Positions 44,802 through 54,264 of a DNA stretch of 63,415 bases are shown here, piece after piece (position 1 is the first letter of the stretch; every line of letters begins with the position of its first letter). Under the pieces are notes generated by a model that was not told where the DNA came from, ran no database searches, and saw only the letters and a list, made by a program, of their open reading frames with translations. This DNA comes from an uncultured Gammaproteobacteria bacterium (GTDB lineage Bacteria > Patescibacteriota > Microgenomatia > Levybacterales > GWA1-39-11). The stretch lies in contig CAZXFJ010000003.1 in the NCBI GenBank assembly GCA_964640435.1, forward strand, positions 1 through 63,415, given 5' to 3'. A program made the translations under genes and the position numbers.

Positions 44802-47267
44802 TCATAGGAGCTTTTCAAGCTCTGTGATTACATATTTTAAATCTATTCCTTTTCCTAGGACTGGTTTGAAAATATCTCCCTTTTTATCGAGACGCTTTAG
44901 GACATTTTTAATTGTAAACTGAGTTGGTTTTAGATTGCGATTTACTTCTTTCCATTCAAGTGGAGTTGAAACAGTAGCGTCGGGTGTTGGTCTAACAGAA
45001 TAGGGAGCAGCAAGAGTTTGACCAATTCTGTTTTGTAAAAAATCCAAATAGACTTTTCCACTTCTTTTTGAAGGCGATCGAAGTATGCTGGTATAGTCTG
45101 GGTTTTTCTTTTGTACAATATTCACAACAATTTGCGCAAAACCTTTTACTTGATCGTAAGTATATTTTGCGCCCATGGGTACATAAATGTGAATTCCTGT
45201 TGCTCCGGATGTTTTTGGATAGCCCTCAACGTTGATTGTTTCAAGCACTTCTCTTATTTGATTTGCAGCATTAACGACTTTTTCAAATCCGATATCTTCT
45301 GGATCTAAATCAAAAATAACATAGTCTGGCTTTTCTAAATATCCAATACGGCTGTTCCAGGGGTTTATATCAATGCAGCCTAAGTTAACCATATATAAAA
45401 GAGTTTCTTTATTGTTGCAGACCAAATAGTTAACATCTCTTTCCTCTGAGTCAGAGTGGTATTTGTATGTTTTCGCAAAAGATGGTGGTTTATATTCAAA
45501 GTTTTTTTGAAAAAAGCTTTCTCCAGTAATTCCATTAGGATATCTCTTTAGTGATTCCGGACGATCTACTAGGTGTGGAAGAATAAATTTTGAAATAGAC
45601 TTGTAATAATTAATAAGGTCTCCCTTTGTGTAACCATTCTTTGGAAAAAATACTTTTTCCGTATTTGAAATTTTTACCCCCGAGTCATTGTTTGTTTCTT
45701 CAACACTTTTTATAAGAACGCTTTCGTCTTTTGGCTTTTCTATGGTAACTTGTGTAGGTTTTTTGTCTTCCCGAAGTCCTTTAAAAATGGGATGGCGCAT
45801 CATTCCTTCTTCTGTCCATTCAGAAAACTCAACCTCACATATTAGTGTGGGGTTTACCCAAGTAGGTGGCTCATTTGTTTTGGGTATTTTATCAAAAGGG
45901 CATTTTTTGACTGTTATTTTTTTAAGCTTTTTATCCATCTCTGCAAGACTTTCATCATTGAATCCACTTCCAGTATGTCCAACGTACGTTAATTTACCAT
46001 TCTTATATATTCCAATGATGAGAGCTCCGAAATACTTTCTTCCTCCACGTGGCTCTGTATATCCGCAAATAACAACCTCTTGTCTCATGTGGGTTTTTAT
46101 CTTCAGCCAGTTATCTCCTCGTATACCCGGAGTATACATGCTATCTGCTTTTTTAGCTATAATTCCTTCAAGTCCATGTTTTTGCGCTGCGGTAAAGAAT
46201 TTTTCCCCATGTTCTTTTATGTGTTCCCCAAGCCTTAAAATATCGTTTGTATTCAATACTTGTTCTAGTATTTTTTTTCTTGTTTCAAGTGGAAGACCCA
46301 TCAAATTAATTTTTTCAAAATATAAAATATCAAAGATGTAATACGCTAAAAACCCCTTCTTATTACTTCTATAATTTTGTAATAATTGAAAGTCTGGTTT
46401 ACCCAAATCATCTAGGACTACAATTTCACCATCAAAAACAGCATTAATTTTCAGTTGTTTTAAGGCCTCGTTAATCTTGGGGTAATGCTCACTAAAAAGA
46501 ATATTATTTCTCGAATACAGTTTTACTTTATCATCGCGGACATCAGCAATTGCCCTATATCCATCCCACTTAATCTCAAAAAACCAATTTTCTTTGTCAA
46601 AAGGTTCATCAACTAAAGTAGCAAGCATCGGCTCTATAAAATCGGGAACTTTTTCTTTTTTAAAGCCTTTTGTTAATTTTCCAAAATTTACTTCTGATTT
46701 TCCTCCGACTTCATCAACTGTTTTCCCAGATACTATCGATTTATCTTGTGCAGTAATATCGTGATCCTGATCGACGTATTCATCATTTTCTTTTATTAAA
46801 AGCCAGGAGTTTTTTTCCTCGCTCTTTATTCTAACAAGTGCCCAGAGCCCCTTTATTTTTTTACCAAACATTCGTAGCTTTATATTTCCGCTTTTTAATT
46901 CCTTAAGTATTTCTCTTTCGGAATTATCAGGATCTGTTGCGGATTCATAAGTACCAGAATCCCAGACTATTACATTTCCTGCTCCATAATTTCCCTTAGG
47001 AATTACGCCTTCAAAAGTTCTATAGTCATATGGGTGATCTTCAACCATCATTGCCAGCCTTTTAGTGCGCGGATCAAGTGATGGACCTTTGGTAACTGCC
47101 CAACTTTTTAACACACCACCTGCTTCAAGACGGAAGTCATAATGTAGATGTGTTGCATCATGCTTTTGAATTACAAAAATAAGTTTGCCTTTGCGTTTTT
47201 TTTCTTTTCCTGCAGGTTCTGGTGTTTTGTCAAAATGTCTTTTTTGATTGTAGAGTTTTAAACCCAT
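44802..47267 (-). CDS. ligD: Multidomain DNA ligase D (3'-phosphoesterase - ATP ligase - primase/polymerase)
   Basis: PE domain: YNQKRHFDKTPEP and FVIQKHDATHLHYDFRLE. Ligase motif I: EIKWDGYR. C-terminal Pol domain: ISNTEKVFFP..GYTKGDLINYY...FFQKN. Confidence 0.9.
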   Translation of the reverse strand: MGLKLYNQKRHFDKTPEPAGKEKKRKGKLIFVIQKHDATHLHYDFRLEAGGVLKSWAVTKGPSLDPRTKRLAMMVEDHPYDYRTFEGVIPKGNYGAGNVIVWDSGTYESATDPDNSEREILKELKSGNIKLRMFGKKIKGLWALVRIKSEEKNSWLLIKENDEYVDQDHDITAQDKSIVSGKTVDEVGGKSEVNFGKLTKGFKKEKVPDFIEPMLATLVDEPFDKENWFFEIKWDGYRAIADVRDDKVKLYSRNNILFSEHYPKINEALKQLKINAVFDGEIVVLDDLGKPDFQLLQNYRSNKKGFLAYYIFDILYFEKINLMGLPLETRKKILEQVLNTNDILRLGEHIKEHGEKFFTAAQKHGLEGIIAKKADSMYTPGIRGDNWLKIKTHMRQEVVICGYTEPRGGRKYFGALIIGIYKNGKLTYVGHTGSGFNDESLAEMDKKLKKITVKKCPFDKIPKTNEPPTWVNPTLICEVEFSEWTEEGMMRHPIFKGLREDKKPTQVTIEKPKDESVLIKSVEETNNDSGVKISNTEKVFFPKNGYTKGDLINYYKSISKFILPHLVDRPESLKRYPNGITGESFFQKNFEYKPPSFAKTYKYHSDSEERDVNYLVCNNKETLLYMVNLGCIDINPWNSRIGYLEKPDYVIFDLDPEDIGFEKVVNAANQIREVLETINVEGYPKTSGATGIHIYVPMGAKYTYDQVKGFAQIVVNIVQKKNPDYTSILRSPSKRSGKVYLDFLQNRIGQTLAAPYSVRPTPDATVSTPLEWKEVNRNLKPTQFTIKNVLKRLDKKGDIFKPVLGKGIDLKYVITELEKLL

Positions 47268-47281
47268 AAAGTCTGAAGTAT

Positions 47282-48055
47282 TTACGATGTAGCAGATTCG
47301 TTAAGACTTTCTTTTAGAAGAGACATTAAATCTTCAACTTTTGCAGTTGGTTTAGGTGCTTTAATTTCGGGTATTTTTTTACCTTTTGATTTTGCTTTAA
47401 TAAGCTTTTCGAGTTTTTCTCTGTATGTATCATGGTAGTCTGAGGGATCAAATTTTTTTGTTAACTTTTTGATCAGTGAAGTCGCCATATCGATTTCAGT
47501 TTTTGAGATTTGTTCTTTTGACGGAATTGAAAGTTCTGAGGAGTCTCTTATTTCCTCTTGGTAGCGCATGCGATTAAGAACTATTAATCCTCCTTGTGTT
47601 TTGAGAACTCCAAGAGTTTCACGGGTTCTTAGTATGAATGAAGCGATAGCAACGGTTTTAGAACTCTCAAGTGCTTCATGTAGAAGATAATATGCTTTTG
47701 ATGCGCCTTTACCCGGTTCAATATAATAGGGTGTTTCATAATATTTTGAGTCAATCTCATCTTCTTTTGCAAAGCTTAAGATTTGAATTGATTCTGTTTT
47801 TTCAGGTGCGGCTCTTTTGAGGTCATCATCTGTTACTACAATATATTCACCTTCATTTATTTCAAAGCCTCGAACTAAATCTTCATACTTAATTTCTTTT
47901 TCTTCTTTCTCACAAATCTTTGCATAACGAACTGGAGATAGATCTTTTTTGTGGAGATAATCAAAATCAAGGTTTTTATCTTCGGATGCAGGGTAGAGTC
48001 TTACAGGTATATTTACCAAGCCAAAATTTATTGATCCAGACCAAATCGCTCGCAT
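47282..48055 (-). CDS. ku: Ku protein (NHEJ DNA-end binding)
   Basis: MRAIWSGSINFGLVNIPVRLYPA is the canonical bacterial Ku N-terminus, and the C-terminus is basic. It is adjacent to ligD. Confidence 0.9.
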   Translation of the reverse strand: MRAIWSGSINFGLVNIPVRLYPASEDKNLDFDYLHKKDLSPVRYAKICEKEEKEIKYEDLVRGFEINEGEYIVVTDDDLKRAAPEKTESIQILSFAKEDEIDSKYYETPYYIEPGKGASKAYYLLHEALESSKTVAIASFILRTRETLGVLKTQGGLIVLNRMRYQEEIRDSSELSIPSKEQISKTEIDMATSLIKKLTKKFDPSDYHDTYREKLEKLIKAKSKGKKIPEIKAPKPTAKVEDLMSLLKESLNESATS

Positions 48056-48102
48056 AATATGCAGTATAGATTATATGTGAAATGAATTCAATAGAGGTAG
48101 CA

Positions 48103-49017
48103 TCAGTTATTGGAATTAGGTTTTCTTATTACTTCATAAATCTTTTTATCAAACTCAAAAATTAGGTGCAGAAGCATTGATTGATCTCGGCAAACTACTT
48201 TCAATTCCTCGAGGTCTCCTTGGGTTAGGGTTAGGTAGTCTGTAGTGTTGGGATACATGATTCCTTTAGAGTCACTTATGTGTTCCATTCCCATTGCATG
48301 TCCTAGTTCATGAGCTAATGTATGAACTAACTCATCAGGTTTATCTGCAAAATATATACTTATAGTATTTGTATTTCCGTCATAAATTCCTTCTTCGGGT
48401 TTTTGTTTTAGTGTTTGATTAAATTGTCTTACGTCATTATTTAGAATAGAAATGTTAGAATTATAATCTTGTGTAGAAAGATTTAATTCTCTTGCTCTTT
48501 TGTTTAACGCATCTGAATCTGCTTTAAGCTGTTCCTGCTGCTTAACAAGATCGTCATAAACCCCTTCAGGGGCACCGCCTTCTGCATTATATTTCTGAAC
48601 AGTTTTCTCGAATTCATCAAGACGCTTCTCAAAGGCTGCAACATCAATCTTGTATTGTTCTATTTGTTGATTTAGTGTTTTTTCCTTTTGATCTGCCTCA
48701 TTGTTTAGTTGGTTTATTTTTGAATTTAAAGCTTGTCTTTCATCATAGACAAAATTTATTGTGAGATCCGCATCTGGTGAACTTTTAAACAGTTGTTTTC
48801 CATAAGCCTTACTCCAAATTTCCGATGCCTGAACAATGTTATTCGAGGCATTTGATGGAGTGAGTCCAAACCTGGAATCAATAGCACCAATTTTATATTC
48901 GATAAGTTGAGCGCACTGATTATATGAAAGCGCAGGAATCATGGCATAATTAAACACCGCAATGTACGCGAGTCCTACAAGTAAAATTGCTGTAATGAGC
49001 GGGAGAACAGTCTTCAT
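48103..49017 (-). CDS. Membrane-anchored matrixin-like (M10) zinc metalloprotease with a coiled-coil insertion
   Basis: HTLAHELGHAMGMEH (HExxHxxGxxH) plus a Met-turn IMYP. About 110 aa of Q/K/E/N-rich coiled coil sits between the N-terminal strands and the catalytic helix. Confidence 0.7.
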   Translation of the reverse strand: MKTVLPLITAILLVGLAYIAVFNYAMIPALSYNQCAQLIEYKIGAIDSRFGLTPSNASNNIVQASEIWSKAYGKQLFKSSPDADLTINFVYDERQALNSKINQLNNEADQKEKTLNQQIEQYKIDVAAFEKRLDEFEKTVQKYNAEGGAPEGVYDDLVKQQEQLKADSDALNKRARELNLSTQDYNSNISILNNDVRQFNQTLKQKPEEGIYDGNTNTISIYFADKPDELVHTLAHELGHAMGMEHISDSKGIMYPNTTDYLTLTQGDLEELKVVCRDQSMLLHLIFEFDKKIYEVIRKPNSNN

Positions 49018-49029
49018 ACTGTTAATATA

Positions 49030-49767
49030 CTATTTTAGAACTGCGCTTTGCAAAGCGGTAAAAAGTCTTCTACTTTTTTCAGAAGGGGACAATACCTCGT
49101 TTACTCCATTAAGTCCGAGTTTGCCAAGGTCTCCCAAAAAATACAAACTTGCTGAAAGATGTGCATAAAGGTTTTTTTTATTTCTATCAACCGTTTCTCC
49201 TAGTGCAATATCTGCAAGAAATGGTGCGTTTGAATCTTTGGGTCTGGTTGTATTAAGAAAAAAGCTTGGAGGATTAGGAAGAGTATATGTTTTATGATTC
49301 TCGTGTTCACTAATTAATGATAAAAACTTGCTCGTATATTCAAATCCAATTTTGAAATCAATCATTGGAAACATTTTTATTGCTTCATCCCTATCCCAGT
49401 CTCCAGTTGGTACAAAATGTGCATATAATTTTGGGTCAGCACCGGCAGGTGATACATATGGTTCAGAGGGTAACTGTTTTTCTTCAAAATAATTTCTAAA
49501 TAAGTTTTTTAAGCGGAGCTGTGTATCATTCCAGCCATTAACAATTTCAATTTCGTTTAATGCAAGTATTCTTAAGTCAGTTGGTAGATCATGCATGTTT
49601 CCTGTCGTCCCAAAATGGGCATGGGCAATTGGATTTTCATTCTGAAAATTGGAAAGTAATTTTCTTACATCTACAGATCTATTTTGTACTTTTAACACTT
49701 CCGTGAACGCTTTCTCGACATTCCAGGGTTCACTCACGGTTCTTTCTGATGCTTCTAAATTTGACAT
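49030..49767 (-). CDS. Hypothetical 245-aa protein
   Basis: A long ORF tightly packed (12 nt) upstream of the metalloprotease gene on the same strand. No family recognised. Confidence 0.45.
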   Translation of the reverse strand: MSNLEASERTVSEPWNVEKAFTEVLKVQNRSVDVRKLLSNFQNENPIAHAHFGTTGNMHDLPTDLRILALNEIEIVNGWNDTQLRLKNLFRNYFEEKQLPSEPYVSPAGADPKLYAHFVPTGDWDRDEAIKMFPMIDFKIGFEYTSKFLSLISEHENHKTYTLPNPPSFFLNTTRPKDSNAPFLADIALGETVDRNKKNLYAHLSASLYFLGDLGKLGLNGVNEVLSPSEKSRRLFTALQSAVLK

Positions 49768-49795
49768 GGAGGAGATTATACATAATTTTAAGAAA

Positions 49796-50512
49796 TTATG
49801 AAAATTTATAAAGGGTTTCTATTTCATTTTTTGTAAGTTCTCTGAATTTGCCAATAGGTAAGGTATTGTCTTTCAGATTTCCAATGGCTATTCGTTCAAG
49901 TTCTAATAAGTTAATACTTACAGCTTTACACATTCTTCTTATCTGTCTGTTTCGCCCTTCATGTATTGTCATTTCAAGAATAGTTTTATTATTTGTTTGT
50001 TCAACAAGCTTTATGTCTGATGGAGATGTCATTCCATCCTCCAGTTTAACACCATTTTGAAGTGATTTTATCTGTTGTTCTTTAACATTTCCTTGAATTG
50101 TGAGTTTATATGTTTTATCGATGTGATAACTTGGGTGGGTCAGTTTATTTGTAAGCTCTCCGTCATTCGTAAGAATTAATAATCCGGTTGTATCTTTATC
50201 AAGTCTTCCAACTGGATAGATTCTTTCAGTCGTTTTAATAAGATCTGTAACAATTTTTTTAGCATGAGAATCTCCAGTTGTTGAAACATAACCTTTTGGT
50301 TTATTAAGTAAAAAGTATACGAGCTGTGGTTGTTTTATCTCTTTTCCATCAATTCTTATTCTATCTCGATCAAGATTTATCCTGATTCCTGGTTCATTTA
50401 CTCTTTGTCCATTCAGCGAAACAATTTTGTTTTTTAGGAATGCTTCAACATTTCTTCTCGAACAAACGCCAATATTTGCAAGGTATTTATCGAGTCTAAT
50501 AATCTTATGCAT
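49796..50512 (-). CDS. Pseudouridine synthase, RsuA/RluB family
   Basis: An S4 domain (RLDKYLANIGVCSRR) and the catalytic motif GRLDKDTTGLLILTNDG. Confidence 0.85.
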   Translation of the reverse strand: MHKIIRLDKYLANIGVCSRRNVEAFLKNKIVSLNGQRVNEPGIRINLDRDRIRIDGKEIKQPQLVYFLLNKPKGYVSTTGDSHAKKIVTDLIKTTERIYPVGRLDKDTTGLLILTNDGELTNKLTHPSYHIDKTYKLTIQGNVKEQQIKSLQNGVKLEDGMTSPSDIKLVEQTNNKTILEMTIHEGRNRQIRRMCKAVSINLLELERIAIGNLKDNTLPIGKFRELTKNEIETLYKFS

Positions 50513-50513
50513 A

Positions 50514-51143
50514 TTAATCGCGGAGGGAGAGAAAGTCTGTCCAAGATTTCATCTTTGCATAGGAAGTCCCTTTTGGTTTAAAGTGTGCTTTTTTATTCTC
50601 AAATATGTATTTTAACCTCTGGTAGCTTATGTAGCTCAAGATAATACCTGTACTTGTTCCTAAATTTAAGCTTTCAACAATTCCACCCATTGGTATCTGA
50701 ATGCAAAAATCTGCTAAGTCTACTGCTTTATCTGATATTCCTTTTGTTTCGTTTCCAAACCATATGGCTATTCTACGTTGTGTAAAATTACCTTCATAAA
50801 GATTTATATTTTCTCTTCCTTTTATGTGTGAAGATGTAGCCGCAATTGTATAAAGATTTTTTTTCAAATGAGCAATACATTCTTCTGTTGTTTCGAAGTA
50901 TTTTACAAAAACCCATTTGTTGGATCCAACGCTCAGATTGGTTAGCTTTTTATTTTTTCGGGACGATTCAAAATCTCTAAATATTTTTTGACCTCCAACA
51001 ACATAAAGCTTTTCAACACCGAATGCAGAAACATTTCGCAGAGTTGAGGCAATATTCATTATATCCATTGGGTTTTCAAGCACAGCAATGAAATATTTAT
51101 TCTTTAAATGTTTTACTTTTCTTATTCTGTCACGTATTGCCAT
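50514..51143 (-). CDS. SpoU/TrmH-family RNA 2'-O-methyltransferase
   Basis: LENPMDIMNIASTLRNVSAFGV, FGNETKGIS and IPMGGIVESLNL are SPOUT motifs. The start is moved to ATG 51143 because the ORF-track N-terminus is a tRNA gene. Confidence 0.8.
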   Translation of the reverse strand: MAIRDRIRKVKHLKNKYFIAVLENPMDIMNIASTLRNVSAFGVEKLYVVGGQKIFRDFESSRKNKKLTNLSVGSNKWVFVKYFETTEECIAHLKKNLYTIAATSSHIKGRENINLYEGNFTQRRIAIWFGNETKGISDKAVDLADFCIQIPMGGIVESLNLGTSTGIILSYISYQRLKYIFENKKAHFKPKGTSYAKMKSWTDFLSLRD

Positions 51144-51152
51144 AGAAATATG

Positions 51153-51223
51153 CTGTCGGACCTGGATTCGAACCAGAATTAACGGATTCAGAGTCCGTTG
51201 TCCTACCATTAGACGATCCGACA
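51153..51223 (-). tRNA. tRNA-Gln (anticodon CUG), 71 nt, no encoded CCA
   Basis: Hand-folded cloverleaf: acceptor TGTCGGA/TCCGACA (U1-A72), discriminator G73, anticodon arm ACGGA-CUCUGAA-UCCGU, and T arm with GGTTCGAATCC. Confidence 0.85.
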
Positions 51224-51300
51224 ATGTTTGGTGTGTTTATTTTACTAAAATTGAGGCTCCAAAACCACGGTTAAACTTATTTATGGTAATATATTTAGAA

Positions 51301-51918
51301 ATGAGAAAAATAATTACTTCTACGTTCGTTACTCTCGATGGTGTTATGCAGGCTCCAGGTGGACCAGAAGAGGATACTTCAAATGGATTTAAATATGGTG
51401 GATGGCAATTTGCATGGGGTGAAGGTGATATGGTGGCTGATGAAATAATGAAAAGGATTATGGATACTGACTTTGACCTACTTTTGGGAAGAGTAACCTA
51501 TGACATTTGGTCAGGTTTTTGGCCAAAGCACAAAGACGAATCCCAGTGGGGTATGCCATTTGATAAAGCTACTAAATATGTTGTTTCTCATAATCCAATT
51601 GAACTTCCTTGGGAAAAGTCGAAGCTCATAACTGGGGATGTTGTAGGGGAGATTAAAAAACTAAAAAATACAGATGGGCCAGATTTGTGGGTATGGGGTA
51701 GTGGAAATCTTATCCAAACACTCCTCGGAAATAACTTAATTGACAGAATGCATATATGGACCTATCCGTTGACACTTGGTTCTGGTAAAAAATTATTTGC
51801 AAATGGCACCCAGCCAGAAAGATTTAAAGTAATTGATTCAACTGTTACCCCACTCGGAGTAATATTTGGGACATATGAACCTGCGGGCCAGGTTAAAACA
51901 GGGGAAATGGGAATTTAA
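51301..51918 (+). CDS. Dihydrofolate reductase family protein (RibD C-terminal-like, YyaP-like)
   Basis: [17 protein letters not shown]...GRVTYD...[13 protein letters not shown] is the typical RibD_C pattern. ATG 51301 replaces the ORF-track start, which overlaps the tRNA and the SpoU gene. Confidence 0.75.
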   Translation: MRKIITSTFVTLDGVMQAPGGPEEDTSNGFKYGGWQFAWGEGDMVADEIMKRIMDTDFDLLLGRVTYDIWSGFWPKHKDESQWGMPFDKATKYVVSHNPIELPWEKSKLITGDVVGEIKKLKNTDGPDLWVWGSGNLIQTLLGNNLIDRMHIWTYPLTLGSGKKLFANGTQPERFKVIDSTVTPLGVIFGTYEPAGQVKTGEMGI

Positions 51919-52286
51919 CCTTGTTTTCTGAGGATTTTATCCATTGCTCTTCCTCGTCCAAGTTCATCGATTAGCTTATCCAGATAGCGCAATGATTGAA
52001 TGGTAGGGTCTTGGATATCTTCTACTCGAACGCCGCAAATTACACCTTTAATCAAATTTCTTGATGGGTTGAGTTTTGGAGCCTCTGCGAAGAACCTCTC
52101 AAAAGTTATCTGTTTTTCAAGTTGATTATCGAGTTCGCTCTGACTGTATCCAGTTAGCCAACGGGTAATTTCATCAACTTCTGCTTTTGTCCGTCCTTTT
52201 TTCTCAGCTTTTTGAATATAAAAAGGGTATACGCTTGAAACTGTTATATTATAAATTCGTTGTTTTTTCTTGTCTGTCATCTCCAT
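51915..52286 (-). CDS. DUF2200 domain protein
   Basis: [32 protein letters not shown] matches the DUF2200 pattern. Confidence 0.65.
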   Translation of the reverse strand: MEMTDKKKQRIYNITVSSVYPFYIQKAEKKGRTKAEVDEITRWLTGYSQSELDNQLEKQITFERFFAEAPKLNPSRNLIKGVICGVRVEDIQDPTIQSLRYLDKLIDELGRGRAMDKILRKQG

Positions 52287-52309
52287 AGTTATTATTTTAG
52301 CATGATAGA

Positions 52310-53656
52310 CTAAATACTAAGTGTGGCTAGGCCAATCAAGCTTGAGAGAATAATAGCTATCATGCCCAGTCCAAGTTTTAAAGCAAAAGGATGAGCACCT
52401 TGGATAAAGCTGTAAAATACTTTTGCTCCGAGGTTTACAGTGTTAACAAGAATAAAAGCGACTATAGCAAGTTGAATATCAATAGTTTTTCCAGCAAGCT
52501 CTGAGATATTAAGAGTAGTCGCATCAATACCTGTAAAGCCAGCGAGTGCTGAAGAAACTAAGAATCCTGTTTGACCAAACAGTATTAACGAGATTTGCGT
52601 GACTATTCTAACAATAATAAATAATGCTCCAAACTTTAAGGCTGGACCAATTGAAAAAATTTCAGATTCGGACTTAGGCTTACTAGTGTGTTTTGTTTTC
52701 TTTTCTCTCTCCCGTCCAATAAATATGTAAAATGCCCCTACGATAAGTGCTGATATAACAAGTGAAATAAGCGTAGGGGTAAGCTGAACAAGAAAAGCAG
52801 GATTTACTGATGCAACCAGAATAAATATTGGTAGAAAACTTGTCGCTGATGCAAGAACTGCAGCACCTACTACACGGTTTACATTCTTAGTTTTTAAACT
52901 TACGTTGGCAAGCGCTTGAGTTGTGGCAGTTGAGGAGACAAGTCCTCCAACAAGGCTTGTAAGAATTATTCCTCGATTTGGTCCAACGAGTCTTGTTAGT
53001 AAGTATCCGGCCATATCAATTCCTGTCACAAGAACAACAATTAACCAAAACCTAAAGGGATTAAATATTTCTATCTTCGCAAATTCTCCCAAATTTAAGC
53101 CGTAAGTTGCTATAAATTGCTGAAGGCCTTGTGCATCAGAAATGGAGAACGGCCTGTTTGGCAGGAAAGGGAGTATAACAAGGGAGACAAGCGCAAAACT
53201 TGTAAAAGCATTTATTTCTTCGCGACTTATTTTAAATAGAATGTTCTTTATATCTTCTTTTCTTGAAAGAATCATAATGAGGATTACTACAATTGCAAAA
53301 ATTAATTGAAGGGGAATAAAATTTGTGGCGATAAAGACTCCAATAAGATAAGAGAAGAATATTGATAATTCGGTAGTAAAACCTCTATCTTTTGACTGGA
53401 TTGACTGAAGAATGTAATAGGCGATAACAAGTGAAAAGAAAGCCCCGGTTGTGATCAGGAAAAATATAAAAAAGTCTTGAATAAGTAAGCCGGTCAGAGT
53501 TCCAAATGTTGTTATGAGCGCAAAGGTTCTAACGCCCACAGAATGGACAGATCCGTCTTTATCTATTTTATTTGGTGTCTCGTGTGCTTCCCGTTCCAGT
53601 CCGATTGCAGCACCAATTGCCAAAGAGAGAAGTAATTTTAGAGCTAAAAATTCCAT
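52310..53656 (-). CDS. MgtC/SapB-family plus DUF4010 membrane protein
   Basis: The N-terminal [18 protein letters not shown] is the MgtC motif. About 12 TM helices. Confidence 0.8.
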   Translation of the reverse strand: MEFLALKLLLSLAIGAAIGLEREAHETPNKIDKDGSVHSVGVRTFALITTFGTLTGLLIQDFFIFFLITTGAFFSLVIAYYILQSIQSKDRGFTTELSIFFSYLIGVFIATNFIPLQLIFAIVVILIMILSRKEDIKNILFKISREEINAFTSFALVSLVILPFLPNRPFSISDAQGLQQFIATYGLNLGEFAKIEIFNPFRFWLIVVLVTGIDMAGYLLTRLVGPNRGIILTSLVGGLVSSTATTQALANVSLKTKNVNRVVGAAVLASATSFLPIFILVASVNPAFLVQLTPTLISLVISALIVGAFYIFIGREREKKTKHTSKPKSESEIFSIGPALKFGALFIIVRIVTQISLILFGQTGFLVSSALAGFTGIDATTLNISELAGKTIDIQLAIVAFILVNTVNLGAKVFYSFIQGAHPFALKLGLGMIAIILSSLIGLATLSI

Positions 53657-53662
53657 TCGAGT

Positions 53663-53691
53663 ATTCTATTGGTATTATCTTTATATGTCAA
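53663..53691 (-). promoter_or_regulatory. Consensus promoter TTGACA-17-TAGAAT, 7 nt before the MgtC-like ATG (53656)
   Basis: Read directly on the minus strand. There is no SD, which implies a leaderless mRNA. Confidence 0.6.
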
Positions 53692-53753
53692 ATTGCTATA
53701 CTTATTTAAGGCACAACGCTTTGTGAAAACTACTGATTAACAATAATAATATA

Positions 53754-53782
53754 TTGACAAACGATAAATCATAGCTTATAAT
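53754..53782 (+). promoter_or_regulatory. Perfect consensus promoter TTGACA-17-TATAAT, 8 nt before ATG 53790
   Basis: Read directly from the sequence. The -10 overlaps the ORF-track ATG at 53781, so the real start is ATG 53790 (MKRRSTLF). Confidence 0.6.
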
Positions 53783-53789
53783 GGTATTT

Positions 53790-54260
53790 ATGAAACGTCG
53801 ATCAACATTATTTTTAAGACTTGTAATTATTTTAATTGGGGCAGCAGTTTTCGCTTTTTGTACATTGGTTTTGCCAAGAGGAATACTTTCTCCAAATACT
53901 TCATGGACGGGATATAAGCCACTTTTGATTGGTATGTATATACCAGCTATACCTTTTTTTATTGCTTTGTATCAGGCGTTTAAGCTACTGAATTTAATTG
54001 ATAAAAATAAAGTGTTTTCAAAAGATTCAATTCGTTCGCTTCAGATTATTAAGCGTTGCGGGATCACTATAAGTGTTATTTATGGATTGGCACTTCCTTA
54101 CATATTTTATTTAGCTCAACTAGATGACGCACCGGGGGTTATGCTCATAGGACTCGTGTTTACGTTCGCGCCCTTACTGCTTGCAGTTCTAGCAGGGGTT
54201 TTGCAAAAATTATTCAGTAATGCAATTGATATTAAGTCTGAGAATGATCTAATTATTTAA
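53790..54260 (+). CDS. DUF2975 family membrane protein (copy 1)
   Basis: 4 TM helices; the FIALYQAFKLLNLIDKNKVFSKDSIRSLQIIKRCG motif; the tail ends in IDIKSENDL. Confidence 0.65.
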   Translation: MKRRSTLFLRLVIILIGAAVFAFCTLVLPRGILSPNTSWTGYKPLLIGMYIPAIPFFIALYQAFKLLNLIDKNKVFSKDSIRSLQIIKRCGITISVIYGLALPYIFYLAQLDDAPGVMLIGLVFTFAPLLLAVLAGVLQKLFSNAIDIKSENDLII

Positions 54261-54264
54261 AAAC

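Noticed and set aside
45688-46341. 217-aa plus-strand ORF, together with other long antisense ORFs (43805-44260, 20029-20451, 4434-4835, 17274-17615, 18548-18892, 62504-62719)
   Set aside because: Each lies entirely within, and antisense to, a gene with strong family motifs (ligD, usp, secD, tsaC, DUF4446/DUF3048, the wHTH protein, the ATPase). Their sequences are Ser/Leu/Phe-rich shadow translations typical of AT-rich genomes.
51144-51224. N-terminal 27 codons (MSDRLMVGQRTLNPLILVRIQVRQHIS) of the 236-aa ORF 50514-51224
   Set aside because: This stretch is the translation of a tRNA-Gln gene that folds into a clean cloverleaf. The methyltransferase therefore starts at the internal ATG 51143.
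51088-51300. N-terminal extension of the 276-aa ORF 51088-51918
   Set aside because: It overlaps the SpoU gene and is antisense to the tRNA. The recognisable RibD_C-like domain starts at MRKIITSTF (ATG 51301).
51100-51300. tRNA-Gln as an integration hotspot flanked by a mobile element
   Set aside because: No integrase, excisionase, direct repeat of the tRNA 3' half or phage-like genes are visible on either side. The neighbours are housekeeping-type genes.
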